64,000 nt of DNA from the human T2T-CHM13v2.0 reference genome, Homo sapiens, in NCBI RefSeq assembly GCF_009914755.1, contig NC_060927.1, one strand, 5' to 3'. A program made the position numbers and the translations under genes. How positions within the stretch are numbered: the stretch's first letter is position 1; every line of letters starts with the position of its first letter. A model generated the notes under the pieces. That model was not told the origin of the DNA, searched no databases, and saw nothing but the letters and a program-made list of their open reading frames with translations. Below are positions 40,367 through 52,350 of the stretch, in pieces.

Positions 40367-43300
40367 TTAAACATATAGCCAACAGATGTTATATCAGCAG
40401 GTTTATAACTAAACAAAGCAAACTTTTATCTTATATTACCCCCAAAAGCCCTGGGCACACACTGTAAGCTGTTGTATTAAATATCATACCAAAGAAACTG
40501 GTAGCTGCTCTGATATGTATAATTACAAAAAGCACTGATGTGAACCAGAGGTGTGCTCCCACAGTACAATGACAGCATCAGCCCTTCTCTGGAGGAATAT
40601 TTATAGAGAAAGTTCCTATCTGTGTGCATATAAAATTTTATTATTTAATAAACTGAAATGGAAACTACTAAGGTATTAGACCTGGGTAAGTGCTCATGTC
40701 AGAAAGATTTTTATTTGAACCAGTAAGTTGGATGGTTATATCCTATGAGATATTTTTCCTTCATCCTTGAAAACCAAAAGGAGCTGAGCAATTTGGCTTT
40801 CGGTTCAAAGATTTCCATTTTAGATGCTTACAGAGCACTGCACATAGCAATGATCAAAGACCCCCTGAGGAGGGCTTTTGGTGGTGTGCCACCCACCTAT
40901 CAGCTTCCGCAGCAAGGACAGAGTAACTTTCCAAGCTGAGAGTGATTTTTTTCAGTCAGAAATACGAAGTTCCGACTTCATTACTGAAAATATCAAGTTA
41001 TAATACTTTTTAATTTGTTTGTATAAAAATATCTAGCATGTCCGTCTCATTGGTTAAAACAATAATCTCTATTGTCAAGCAAAAAAAATAAAAACAAACA
41101 AACAAACAAAAAACCATATTCATCTTCCAGGCTACTATAGGAGCACATAGTGGACATTCATTTTGTTGATCTGTAAAATGCCCTTTGCAAAAACAAAGTG
41201 GATAAACAAATACTTTTCCAGCTTTCTGCTCAATGGGGCCCCACCATTCCATACTATAAAAAAGTAGTTTTAGGTATTTCACATGGGAAGGAAAAACAAA
41301 ACAAAATAAAATAAATCCTCAGGATAAAGCTTAAGCTAGAACATTTCAAATGAAAACAGTGTTGACTACAATGATACAACTGAAAGAGAAAATTTAAGAT
41401 TAACCACACGGGGAAAGTGTTGATTTGATAATCCCTTGTATCTGAAATCCCCCTGCAGAGTGTTTTGTGATCATAAATGCGCAACTGATCTAAAATGAGA
41501 GTTATGTCAGGACACGATCACTGTGGGGACTTTGGCAACACTGGCCCAAGCTGCCATTTCAAATCCTTCTGGATCAAAGGTAATTAAATCAAGGTCTGTG
41601 GCCAAGCCTTAGGAAATCCTAAACTGAAATAGCAAGCACACATTTCAGATGTAGTTGCCTCTTTCAAGGGCTCCCAGTTTTCATCAAATTCTCAAAGGTG
41701 TCTGTGATGTCCGTGACCTTCCCCAAAAAGTTGCTAGGAATGGCATATAGCCATCTGCCACTTGTTTTCAAGAAATTCTTTCAAATACATTAACAAATGT
41801 AAGTGAAAATTACTCGGCAAGAAACATTTATATCAAAACAAATAAAACTGGCATCAAGTTTTTTCCATGTACCATGAAACTTCTAAAAGATATTATCATA
41901 ATTTAAAAATAATAATAATGCTCAAGTTTACATTTTGAATGGAGCTCTGAAAGGCATCAAGGAAATTATGTTAGTACATTATTGAGCAAATCAGAAGAAA
42001 AAATAACATTCTCTTCCTCAAACTTAGATAAGGCTCTTTTAGGCATCTAAAATGATTTCTCAGTGTCCAAATGTCTGGTGATATTATTTCTCCAACCAGA
42101 TAATTAAGTGGAAGGCTGTTTTCCATTCTGATGTTATGTCTTACGAGTGGAACCCCCAGGGATCCAGCCTCCTCTCCGCATTGGGGAGGTATGTGATTGA
42201 GGGCTCAATTTGGGCATTCTCCATCCTCTAGACAAATACCAACAAAATCCCTAACATATTTAAGATAATTACATGAAAGGTCACCCAAACTGATTCCTTC
42301 CCATGGGCGGGATGTGAGAAATATAGTGGCAGCAGGTCTTACTTGACAGATTCTATTAACCTCTCTCTTTCCCCTAAGTCACCAAAGGATTAATTCTGAA
42401 ACTCTAAATAAAACTCAGAGACCTTGATGGGCACTGACACAGAAGCACTGCATATTTCACTGCCTCTAAGGTTTAATTAGACACTAGGTTCTGTAATATA
42501 CGTGACATCTGACATTGGAGATGGAATAAAGACTTCAGCTGAATTTGGACCAACTCTCAGAGACTTGCTCAAGGCCCACCACCCACCTAGTAGCAAACTC
42601 CCCTGAGCTGCCTGCAGTCCAAGGCAGAAGCTCCCCACTGGGCCGTGCAAGAGTTTACAGGCATAACTGCACGTGGGACCACACTAGAGCAACATGCACT
42701 TTAAAAAGCAAAATCTTTAATGGCTGATGAGAAACACCACGCACATGGAATTTAAGAGGTAAATGCATTGTGTAAATGCCAGCCATGTGCTATCTGGAAT
42801 GGGAAGATTAACAGAATAGAAAGTAAACACATACTGCCTTCTGAGAGAGGAGGGGGCCAGTGTCAAGGTTGTCTGAGTTATTCCTAACCCTGTACCTTTT
42901 GTTGCATACAATTGAAGTTCTGGAATATTTTAGAACATTTCCTCCTTTTAAAAGAGGTCCTTTCACTCTGGTAGGTCACATTACAAGCCAGAGACCACAA
43001 ATCTATTTCAAGTTCAATTTTTGGTTTTCAAAATTACAAATTTAATTGCAAACATTTCTGCATGGCTCCAAAATGGAGATACATGTCACATTGCTAAGAA
43101 CTCTTTAGTTGTCAATATTGTGAGGTATGAATTTTGTAGTTTTATCCAGCAAATGACAATATTGCCCAATTTGAAAAAGGTTGCTTGACAACTGGAAGAA
43201 GATGTTTTGGTCAGAATACACATGTAGCACAGCAGATAATGCTTCAGAAAGGCAGGCCAAGGCTGAGCCCTTTTTTTCCCAAGAAACTTCCCCTCTGAAT

Positions 43301-43914
43301 CTCCACCCCCACCTCCTTAGGGGCCTGGGCTGGGGCTGAAGCTCAGACATTTCCCAGACAATGCTCTGCTGCTGGACGCAAGACACGGGCAGGCAGAGTA
43401 CTGGGACAGACTCAGGTCCCACCACACGTTTTATGAATTACAGTGCCTGGGAGGCATCAGCTTTAAGGGGAGGCAAAGGCAGAGATAAAGAAAATGTGCA
43501 GAAAGTACATAAAGATAAATGCCTGTAAAATCACTGCTGCTTTAATGCATTCCATATTGAAGAAATAAAAATCTGAATATTCTTGATGATTTAAAGGCAA
43601 TAGTGTCCAGCTAAGACCTGTTTGTCCAATTAGACCATTAAGCTGTTTATATGTAAATGTTTATAGTAGCTTGTCCTGATTTTCAATTACAGTTCTGGGG
43701 GGCTGGTTTAGCATAGAAAAAATGCCATCTAAGCGTGAAGCACATCACTTTCTCTCCTGTATGCTAATAAAGAGGTAGATCTCTTGCAGCCCAGCAGCAA
43801 TGCCTGCTCAGGAAGGCTATATGCTGGCTGCTTGACTGTTTAGTGCTGCTGTACTAGCTTCTTTCTTCTGGCCCATTAGCAGAAGGGATTGTTCTCAATG
43901 GCTCATCTGTCAGC

Positions 43915-44105
43915 CCTGAGTTTGAATCCTGATTAGATTCTTATGAGCTCTGCAACCTGGAGGAAGTTACTTAATCTGTATAAATCATAGTTTCTCATCT
44001 GTAAAATGAGAATAATGACAGTTTCTGTATTGTGGGTGAGACTAAAAGGTACACAGTATTGCACGTCAAGTGCTTCCCAGAGTACCTGGCACACAGTGAG
44101 CATAG
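43915..44105 (+). mobile_element. MIR SINE
   Basis: Contains agttacttaatctg...gtttctcatctgtaaaatgagaataat...agtacctggcacacagtgag. Confidence 0.75.
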
Positions 44106-44716
44106 AATATACATACAATATACATACCCTAGTATTACAAATAAAACTACTATAATTTTTAATATTATTATCTAGGGCATCCTCCACATAGCTCACCGCT
44201 TCTCAGAGCAGTGGACTAGGAATCAGGAAACCCATATTACAGTTTCACATCTTTCTGACTACAGGCCCAATCTCAGGAAGGTCATTTAACTTTTCAAGAT
44301 CTCAGTTTCCTAATCAATGAAAGAGACATGATCATAACTTTCCTGTGATCTCATGTCAGTTTTTCTAAGAAAAATTTTGGTTCTAAAATGTAGTTCCAAA
44401 ATAGATCCATCTAAAATCACAGTGCTCCCCACTTTTTAAGAACCAGCAGACTAGCAGAACATCCTCACATTTTAAAATTAAAACAAAGCCCTTTAAGGAT
44501 TCTATTTGGGATAGTTACCTCAAAAAAAAATGAAATCCTTGACTTTACTGCTAAAATTGGTCACAATGAATAAAAATCAGATTATCATCAAACTAATGCT
44601 ATTATGAAGAGAAATATTAATTGATTTGGAATTTGAATGTACCAAATATTATACCGGAAAATGTTGAAATTTTATTGGAAATTAACCTACTTGTTTAATA
44701 CAGAGACAAAGTTGAG

Positions 44717-44999
44717 ATTTTTTTTTCTTTTCTTAGAGAGAGGAATCTTGACCCCAGGCTGGAGTGCAGTGGCTCATAATTTACTGCAGCCTTGAACTCC
44801 TGGACTCAAGTGATCCTCCTGTCTCAGCCTTCTGAGTAGCTGGGACCACAGGCACACATTACCATACCCGGCTAATTATTGTAGATACAAGGTCTCCCTG
44901 TGTTGACCAGGCTGGCCTCAAACCCCTAGGCTCAAGCCATCCTCTCACCTTGGCCTCCCAAAGTGCTGGGATTATAGATACGAGCCACCATATCTGGCC
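44717..44999 (-). mobile_element. AluJ-like element, reverse orientation
   Basis: T-rich start, then ccaggctggagtgcagtgg...ctcaagtgatcctcctgtctcagcc...cctcccaaagtgctgggatta...ctggcc. Confidence 0.92.
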
Positions 45000-45149
45000 T
45001 TGATAATTTATTTGTTTTAGCATTTGTTCATAATGATATACATGTTCCACTTTACCTGGGGACCAATTGCTTGCAAAGCATCATTTGAATAGGTTGTTAG
45101 AGATTCACTCACTTCTAACAAGATTCAAGGCCATGAAAGGCTAAGGACA

Positions 45150-45356
45150 GATGATTGCTTGAGTCCAGGAATTGGAGACCAGCCTGGGTAACACAGTGAG
45201 ACCTGATCTCTACGAAAGATTTTTAGAAATTAGCCAGGTGTAGTGGCGTGCACCTGTAGTCCCAGCTACTCAGGGGGCTGAGGCAGAAGGATCACTTGAG
45301 CCTAGAACTTCGAGGCTGCAGTGAGTTGTGACCATGCCACTGCACTCCAGCCTGCA
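45150..45356 (+). mobile_element. Partial AluJ-like element
   Basis: Contains gattgcttgagtccagg...ttagccaggtgtagtggcgtgcacctgtagtcccagctact...cactgcactccagcctg. Confidence 0.9.
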
Positions 45357-46340
45357 CAGCTGGCAAAAAGCAGAGGCAAAATTTGAACTCAGGTCTTTCT
45401 GTCACTGAAGCCCATGATCTTTCCACAAGATGATAGAGAGCTACTCTGTGTATGTCTTGAAGTCCTTTAGGGCCTCACAAGTGTCTCGATCAAAGCTGGC
45501 TAACATTCACAGGTTTATTCAAAATTTGGTGATCTCTTCCATATGGATTGAATCTGGGAAAGACAAATTCTGCCTTACTGCTGAACCAATAAGAAATCTG
45601 CAGAGGTTATGGAGTTATGTAGGATTTTTCAGAAAGTTTTTTCCTTACATGAAGTACAGGAAAAGACATTGATAGCAAGCTTATTTTTAGCATCCACACT
45701 ATACATAAATACAATACGGATATGATTTATCTGAAAATCTAAATACTCTGATGCAACACTCCCTGTTTTTACACAGAATTTGCTATCATGCAGGACCTAT
45801 TCAAGTATATGTATTTAAAAGGTCCTCTTAAGAGATAAACCTCCAGGATGAATTTGTCATGATGTGCCAAGAGACATCCAAAGGATATGAGCTCCTTCCT
45901 TCTTCCGCTATCTTGAATGAAGAATTCCCAACTATATTCTTCGGTTTTTGGTGTTGGTGGTGGTGTTGTTGTTGTTTGATCAAGACAAAACTAAACCACA
46001 AATATTTACCTGTGATGGAAAAGAACTGAGGTTTTGGGTAGTCAAAGCCCCAATTTCTTACACACTTCGCTGGAAAAACGCTAGATCATGGACATCACTC
46101 AAGAAAGTTGACCACTATTTTCTTCAACACTGAAGAAGTATATAATCCCTCAGAAGATAAGCCAATTGCATTCTTAGTATTCCACAGAAACGTCATCTTT
46201 CACAGGCCATATTCCTCATTTATGACTTGTTTCTAACTTGTAATATGAATGTACAGTCCAAATCCACCACAACCGGAGATGGGCAACCACGCAGTCCATG
46301 TTCTCTCACTGCCAACAATTTATATAACTGTAAAATTTAC

Positions 46341-46534
46341 CTCTCCAGTTCTGCGATCTTCTTGTCCTTGTCATTCTTCTCATTCTCCACCTCCTTGAGG
46401 ATCTCCAGCAACCGGTCCACTTCCGCTTGGGCCTTGCCACACTCGTCGCGGTAGTAAGACGCCTCTTTATCGAGCTGTTTTATTTGGTCTGCAAACTCAG
46501 GGTTCATCCTGGAGTCATCTTCAATATTATGTGC
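46341..46534 (-). CDS. ERC2: ERC2 coding exon, 194 nt, phase 0/2 (AHNIEDDSRMNPEF...KDKKIAELE)
   Basis: Minus strand reads ttgaag|GCACAT...GAACTGGAGAG|gtaaat. It has 64 codons plus 2 nt, is CpG-rich like an exon, and the peptide is recognised as ERC2. Confidence 0.97.
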
Positions 46535-47425
46535 CTTCAACATTACATTTTTAAAGAATGTAGTTAAGACAACAATTTAGAACAATAGACAGTGCTGTCA
46601 CCAATGGTCCAGAAATTAACTTTGGAGAGAAAATCACCACCAAGATTTATGGGTATATTGTCAGTGAAAAGGCAAAATAGAAAAATCACACATTTCAGCT
46701 ACCTTAGAAGAATGCTGATTTTAAAATAATATTAGAGTTTCACAGGGGAGTTTCTTCAATTATTGATATTTTGTTCCATTAAATGTTGCTACTTTTAGCT
46801 TTTCTTTCCACCAAAAAGTAGGGTTAGATACTGTGATGTCTTTATTCCCGGTCATTTGATAAGCAGACCTAAGACAATTCAACTCCTCACAGTTAAGGAG
46901 GTGATTCATACAAAATGCTTCCATTTCCAATACAAAGACACCAAAACAACACAATATTGGATTATTTTCCAAGAACTATCAAGGGCACATGTAAAGCCAG
47001 ATAACATATAAGAGACTGATTAACTAATAATTGAACATGTCATTCCACTGAGAAATTTCAGCAGGAAATATAGTTTGAAAGGAGGCTTGGAGGTGAGGAA
47101 GGGCTTTCCAGCTAACAGTTATACCCATAAATTCTCATTCTCTTAAATAAATTTAACCTAAACCAGGAGGAGGATGAGCTAATTCATGAACAAGTACACA
47201 GACAAGAATCTGCAAACACATGCATGGGTGGGTGGCAGCTTCACACACAAGAAAAGACACAGGCAACAACACAGCAACAACATTGCAGAATAATTTGCAG
47301 CCAAAGTATTTGTGGGTTTGTGTGTGAGAGAGTGCGTTACAGCTTTTTTTTTTCCCAAAATAAACTTTTGGCTGAAATATTCCCAGACAGATAGAAATAA
47401 CACTGCACTGCAATGTTTTGCCTAC

Positions 47426-47455
47426 CCCTTGTTTCCCATTATTCCTAATTGACTT
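47426..47455 (-). CDS. ERC2: Candidate alternative ERC2 microexon, 30 nt (27 nt with the second tandem acceptor), phase 0/0 (KSIRNNGKQG)
   Basis: Minus strand reads ttgttttttccctgcctgctctttgaag|AAG|TCAATTAGGAATAATGGGAAACAAGGG|gtaggc. It is open and frame-preserving, with an AG-free zone of about 88 nt upstream and TGCATG about 200 nt downstream. Confidence 0.65.
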
Positions 47456-48931
47456 CTTCAAAGAGCAGGCAGGGAAAAAACAAGTAGTTTATACAACAGT
47501 GCACATTCAACATAGAAAGTTCAGATAAGTCATATACGTATGTATCTCCAAAATCCATGGATGACATAATCAAATGTTAACAATTTTTAAGGACTTAAGT
47601 TTTTCTGCTGTCTTGCTACATGGAGCAGATATTTATTGTGTTTTTATATACTTTTTTGAAAATTTCAGGGAAAAAACAAGGCAAGCAAGCTACAGCTACT
47701 GTGGGATTGAATGAATCATGCATGGTTAGAAAAATTAATACTAATACTACGGTTAGAAGGTTTGACAGTCTTTGCAATGATTCAATAGAAAAAAAATTCA
47801 AAAATTAGTATAAATAAAATAAATTTCATATGACAAAATAATCATTTTAGAAATAATATTTTTGCATGTAACATATTATTTAAGCATGAGGATAAAGGGG
47901 AAAAAGTTGCTTTCATGTTCTTAAACCTAAGATTTCCTTATTTAAGAAATAAACTCAATTACACAAAAAAAAAACAAGAAAAATATGTCAATTCAACACA
48001 CTATCAGGTACTGGTTTATTCCCTTTTACCAACATTTTTCAGAAAACATTTATTTTCATTTATTTACTATGCACTCTGTGTTTCATTATAATAGATTATT
48101 AAACTTTTTCAGTACAATTAAAATAATCTGAAAGAGAATCCTGAGCTAACATACCTTTAGGAGTATATTTATCTAATAATTTCATTTTAAGCTTAAGTAA
48201 TGAATAAATTTCCTAATCTCCACTTTAAAAATGTAGAGCAGAAATTCTATTTTAAAAGAAAGTAACTACTCCATATACCTGCTTCTATTTGTGACAATAT
48301 GAATCATTACTTTTGTTACAGAAAAGCATTTAAAATACACAGCTTTTAAATTGCTAAGGAAAAACTTCGTGTTAACCTCTCTTTCATTTTTATACTGTAT
48401 TACCATTCTTTTACAGCAGTTAAAAACCTTTTCATGACATTTCTTGAACTATCCAAACAAGGCTATTAAGATTTTTAAAAAAGAATTAATGAACTGAGTA
48501 ATGAGCAGCTGGAAGCCCTCAAAACAAATGAATACGTATATTTTGATTGCCTGTTTCTTAGGACAGTTAAAACTCCTTTCCTGATGCTGATTTTTAAAAG
48601 TTCACAAATAGCTAGCAGTTAGTTGCTGTGGCTTATTTTGGTTGTTTTTCTTATTATTATAGTCCGTTTTTAATAAGTGGGTACAGGATTACTAGTTGCA
48701 AGACCAAGATTCTAAATCCAGTCCTGCATCTTATATTTACAAAAGATTAGGCAAATTAATTAGCCTAAAAACCATGAAAACTACAAAATGACAAACACGG
48801 GGGGAGATATTACTCACTTTTGTTTTTATTATAATTATTATTTCATAATATGCATCCCAGAAATACAGCTTGTTACTCAGCTAAGTTAATAGATTTATTT
48901 GATTTTCATTGACAAGATACTACATACTCCC

Positions 48932-48932
<1 letters not shown>

Positions 48933-48960
<28 letters not shown>
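48933..48960. repeat. Poly(A) tract of 28 nt
   Basis: Directly visible. Confidence 0.95.
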
Positions 48961-48962
<2 letters not shown>

Positions 48963-49340
48963 CTCCCTGATAGGTTTACAGAGACAGCGTAGTCTGCTAG
49001 AGATAGGTATGTACACATATTCCTTATTTTAGCTCCATGAAGAAAAGATGATCATTCAACGCCACTTTTCAACAGTGGGTGAAATCAGATGAATTCATAG
49101 TCTTTTCAGACAAGTAAGTAAGTATGGTGAAAGGACTCATGGGATGTTTAGAAGCACAGAAAGCCTAGGAAAAAAAGTGCCTGAATCTAGACTGTACCAC
49201 TGTTGACATCATTTGATGCTGAAGTTAGGTCATGTCATTAGAATGAAGACCAGAGCCAAGTTTACGACTGGCCTGGTATCTATTATTAACAGATCACACT
49301 TCAAGTGCTAATGAGATTTTTAAAATAAATAGACAACCTC

Positions 49341-49617
49341 GGCCGGGTGCGGTGGCTCACGCCTGTAAACCCAGCACTTTGGGAGGCCAAGGTGGGTGGA
49401 TCACAAGGTCAAGAGATCGAGACCATCCTGGCCAATATGGTAACACCCCATCTCTACTAAAAATACAAAAATTAACTGGGCATTGAGGCACACGCCTGTA
49501 GTCCCAGCTATTCAGGAGGCTGAGGCAAGATAATTGCTTGAACCCAGGAGGCGGAGGTTTCAGTGAGCCAAGATCATGCCACTATACTCCAGCCTGGCGA
49601 CAGAGCGATACTCCATC

Positions 49618-49650
<33 letters not shown>
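49341..49650 (+). mobile_element. AluSc-like element with (AATC)n tail and 18-bp TSD
   Basis: Diagnostics ggtcaagagatcgagaccatcctggccaa and cctggcgacagagc. TSD is aaataaatagacaacctc (49323-49340) and aaatgaatagacaacctc (49648-49665). Confidence 0.93.
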
Positions 49651-52168
49651 TGAATAGACAACCTCAAGAATACCTGTGAGTTAAATCTCTCTATCTCTAT
49701 ATCAATATCTACTGATTTTCAGGCAAAAGAACTTATGTCAAGCCACTTTCAATCTTGGTGCCAGAATTGTTGGGAGAGCTATTAAAATGTCATTTAAATG
49801 TTTTTAAATCAACAGAAAGCTTTAAGAAAAAGTCATATAAAGATGACAGGGAAACCGCTGCTTCTTGGATCATTACTAGGGTCCATGTAAAGACTCAATG
49901 AAAGAGAGTTTCACATGACTGGGAAGGCTGGTGAGTCCCCAGCTAAGCTTAGGTATTGGAGGCTAAAGCCTCTAAAGAATTTACAAAAGATATTGTACAT
50001 AACCAGCTCTATTCAGCCTGAGTCACAACTTTTCAGAGGATGGGCTGAAATTTTTAACTAGTAACCAGCATGAATGTGTTCTACCATGATCTACAGACAT
50101 GAGTGATTCTACACTAAATAAAATAGTGGAGGAAATTGAGCTTATTAAAGCCAATGCTTCCTTCAAAATTATGAGTCCTGAGCTTCCTCCAAAAATGGAA
50201 TGAAATAAGCACTTTATTTGTATTTAGGCAATATTCTCGCCTTTTCAAATAACAACATGAGTTCTTTAATCTGACTAGCAGCTCCCGATAGAGATCAAAA
50301 GTAGGTAACAGACTTGGATCTATCATACTTTAGACACTACAGCGAAAAAAGCAGATTTGAATAAATCATGATCACAGTAAATTCCTGCCATGGCATTCTA
50401 ATGCATTCAAGACATAAATTGAAAATGCACAGTAATATTTTTCCTTAAGAATATGTTGGTTTGCAATTAGCTCCCCAACAAGGTCTGGGAAGGCTTGCCC
50501 TTTCTATACTTCTAAGGAACATCAACTTTGTCCTCCTATTTTCATTAGTCAGGAATTTACCTCTTAAAAACACAAATTGGTGTGAGTTTTCTTTTGATGG
50601 TTTCAGATCTTATTTACCATGAATATAGCAAGCTCATCGTCACTTTCAAGGACATCCACCATCATTAAAACTAAAGGAATATCAATAAGCATTCTTTCAT
50701 TAATATAGAGATTTAATTCCACTGATTAAACAGGTCAGTTTAAAGGCAAATCCAGGTATCCGATTCTGCTCAAAAATATTTCTTAAAACATTTAGAGCAA
50801 CTCTCAAGCATCTTATAGAAACACAAAAAAATGGGAAAAGGACATTTCAGAAATGTCTGCATCGCATACTACATCAGTAAGTTTTGAGGGACTCCCAATT
50901 ATATTTCTTGTATTTCCATATGTAAGGAAATGTCCCCGCAAATGGGAATAACCAAAACAAACTCTGGAGTCTCACTGATGTGGGCAGGCCTCTGGGTTTT
51001 GATGTGAACTGACTTTGAAAGCCTAGATCAGGCATTAAGAGGACTCTGACCATGGCTTGGGATGAGCAGTATATTAACTTATAGTTATAATAACCTAGTA
51101 GTTATTTTAGTGAAAGAATTTATAACTACTTCAGGAAATAAGGCAAAACTTCAGATTAATACTATATGTAAATGAAAGTTAAGAAGCCAAAAATGGCTAA
51201 AGCCAAACTATGGGGTTGTCAAGTATCAAAATCATACGTCTATTTACATTTAATCTTCTAAAGACTGGTCATTGATTATTTCCAATAAAATGGCAGTTCA
51301 TCAATCCAGATCCCTAGAAAGGAAAGTATTAACTTTGGTCCAGAAACCTGCTGTGAAACAAGGCAGGGAACATTCAATTATTACATTATATAACACGTTC
51401 CCTTTGAAATAAACCCTACCAATTTTAATTAAAAATCATTTCCCTCAAAATAAACAAATAATTCATCATGACCATAAAATAAAAGCAGAATGTTAACGAA
51501 TGTATTTGATGACTTTTCTTCCCTGCTGTTTCTGGGTTTTAGCAATAATTTGCTAAATTTAGGCAGTGTAGAAATATGATTCTCGATTGTGGCATGTTGG
51601 TGGTTTAATGTCCATTGACAGCGCTTTAATATTCCTTTCATATCTTAACAGCAGAACAGGGTATAGAAACTATTTTGAAAATTATATTTGACTACAGTCT
51701 TCTAAAAGAATTTCAATCTTCTCATAATTCTAAGTTATAAATAAAATATTACATTTTAAAAGAAAATTTTTAAGGTGATTATTGAGTTATAATATTTATA
51801 TTATATATTATATATGTTATATATAACATATTATAACTCTATAATAGACTGATATAACTCTATTATAGACTGATGAAACATACATATTATTGTTTAGAAT
51901 GAAGAACCAAGGGAAGAAAAAGAACCCAACTGAAGATAACCTGCATAGTGTTTCTAATAATAAGACAAAACTCCAGGAGTAGAATGATAGTTAAGCTGCA
52001 GAAAGGTTACAAAAAAAAATTACAATATCAAGGCAAAACTTTAGGTTCCTAATTTAGAAAATTAAATTTCATTTAAAATATATCAATACCAGGCATCATT
52101 GCTGAGCCTAAATAATACATTTGGAAACTAATAATGATGTATTTTGAAATGTTATACATCTTAATTCT

Positions 52169-52174
52169 GTTTGT

Positions 52175-52206
<32 letters not shown>

Positions 52207-52350
52207 TTTTTTTGTTTTTTTTTTTTTTTTTGGTAGAGATGGGGTTTGCTATGTTGCCCAGCCTGGTCTCCAACTCCTGAGCTCAAGTGATCCTCCAGCC
52301 CTGACCTCCCAAAGTGCTGGGATTACAGGCACAAGCCGCCACACCCAGCC
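52169..52350 (-). mobile_element. FLAM-C-like Alu monomer with long A-rich tail and 16-bp TSD
   Basis: Single reverse monomer with flanks tatacatcttaattct (52153-52168) and tatatatcttagttct (52353-52368). Confidence 0.85.
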
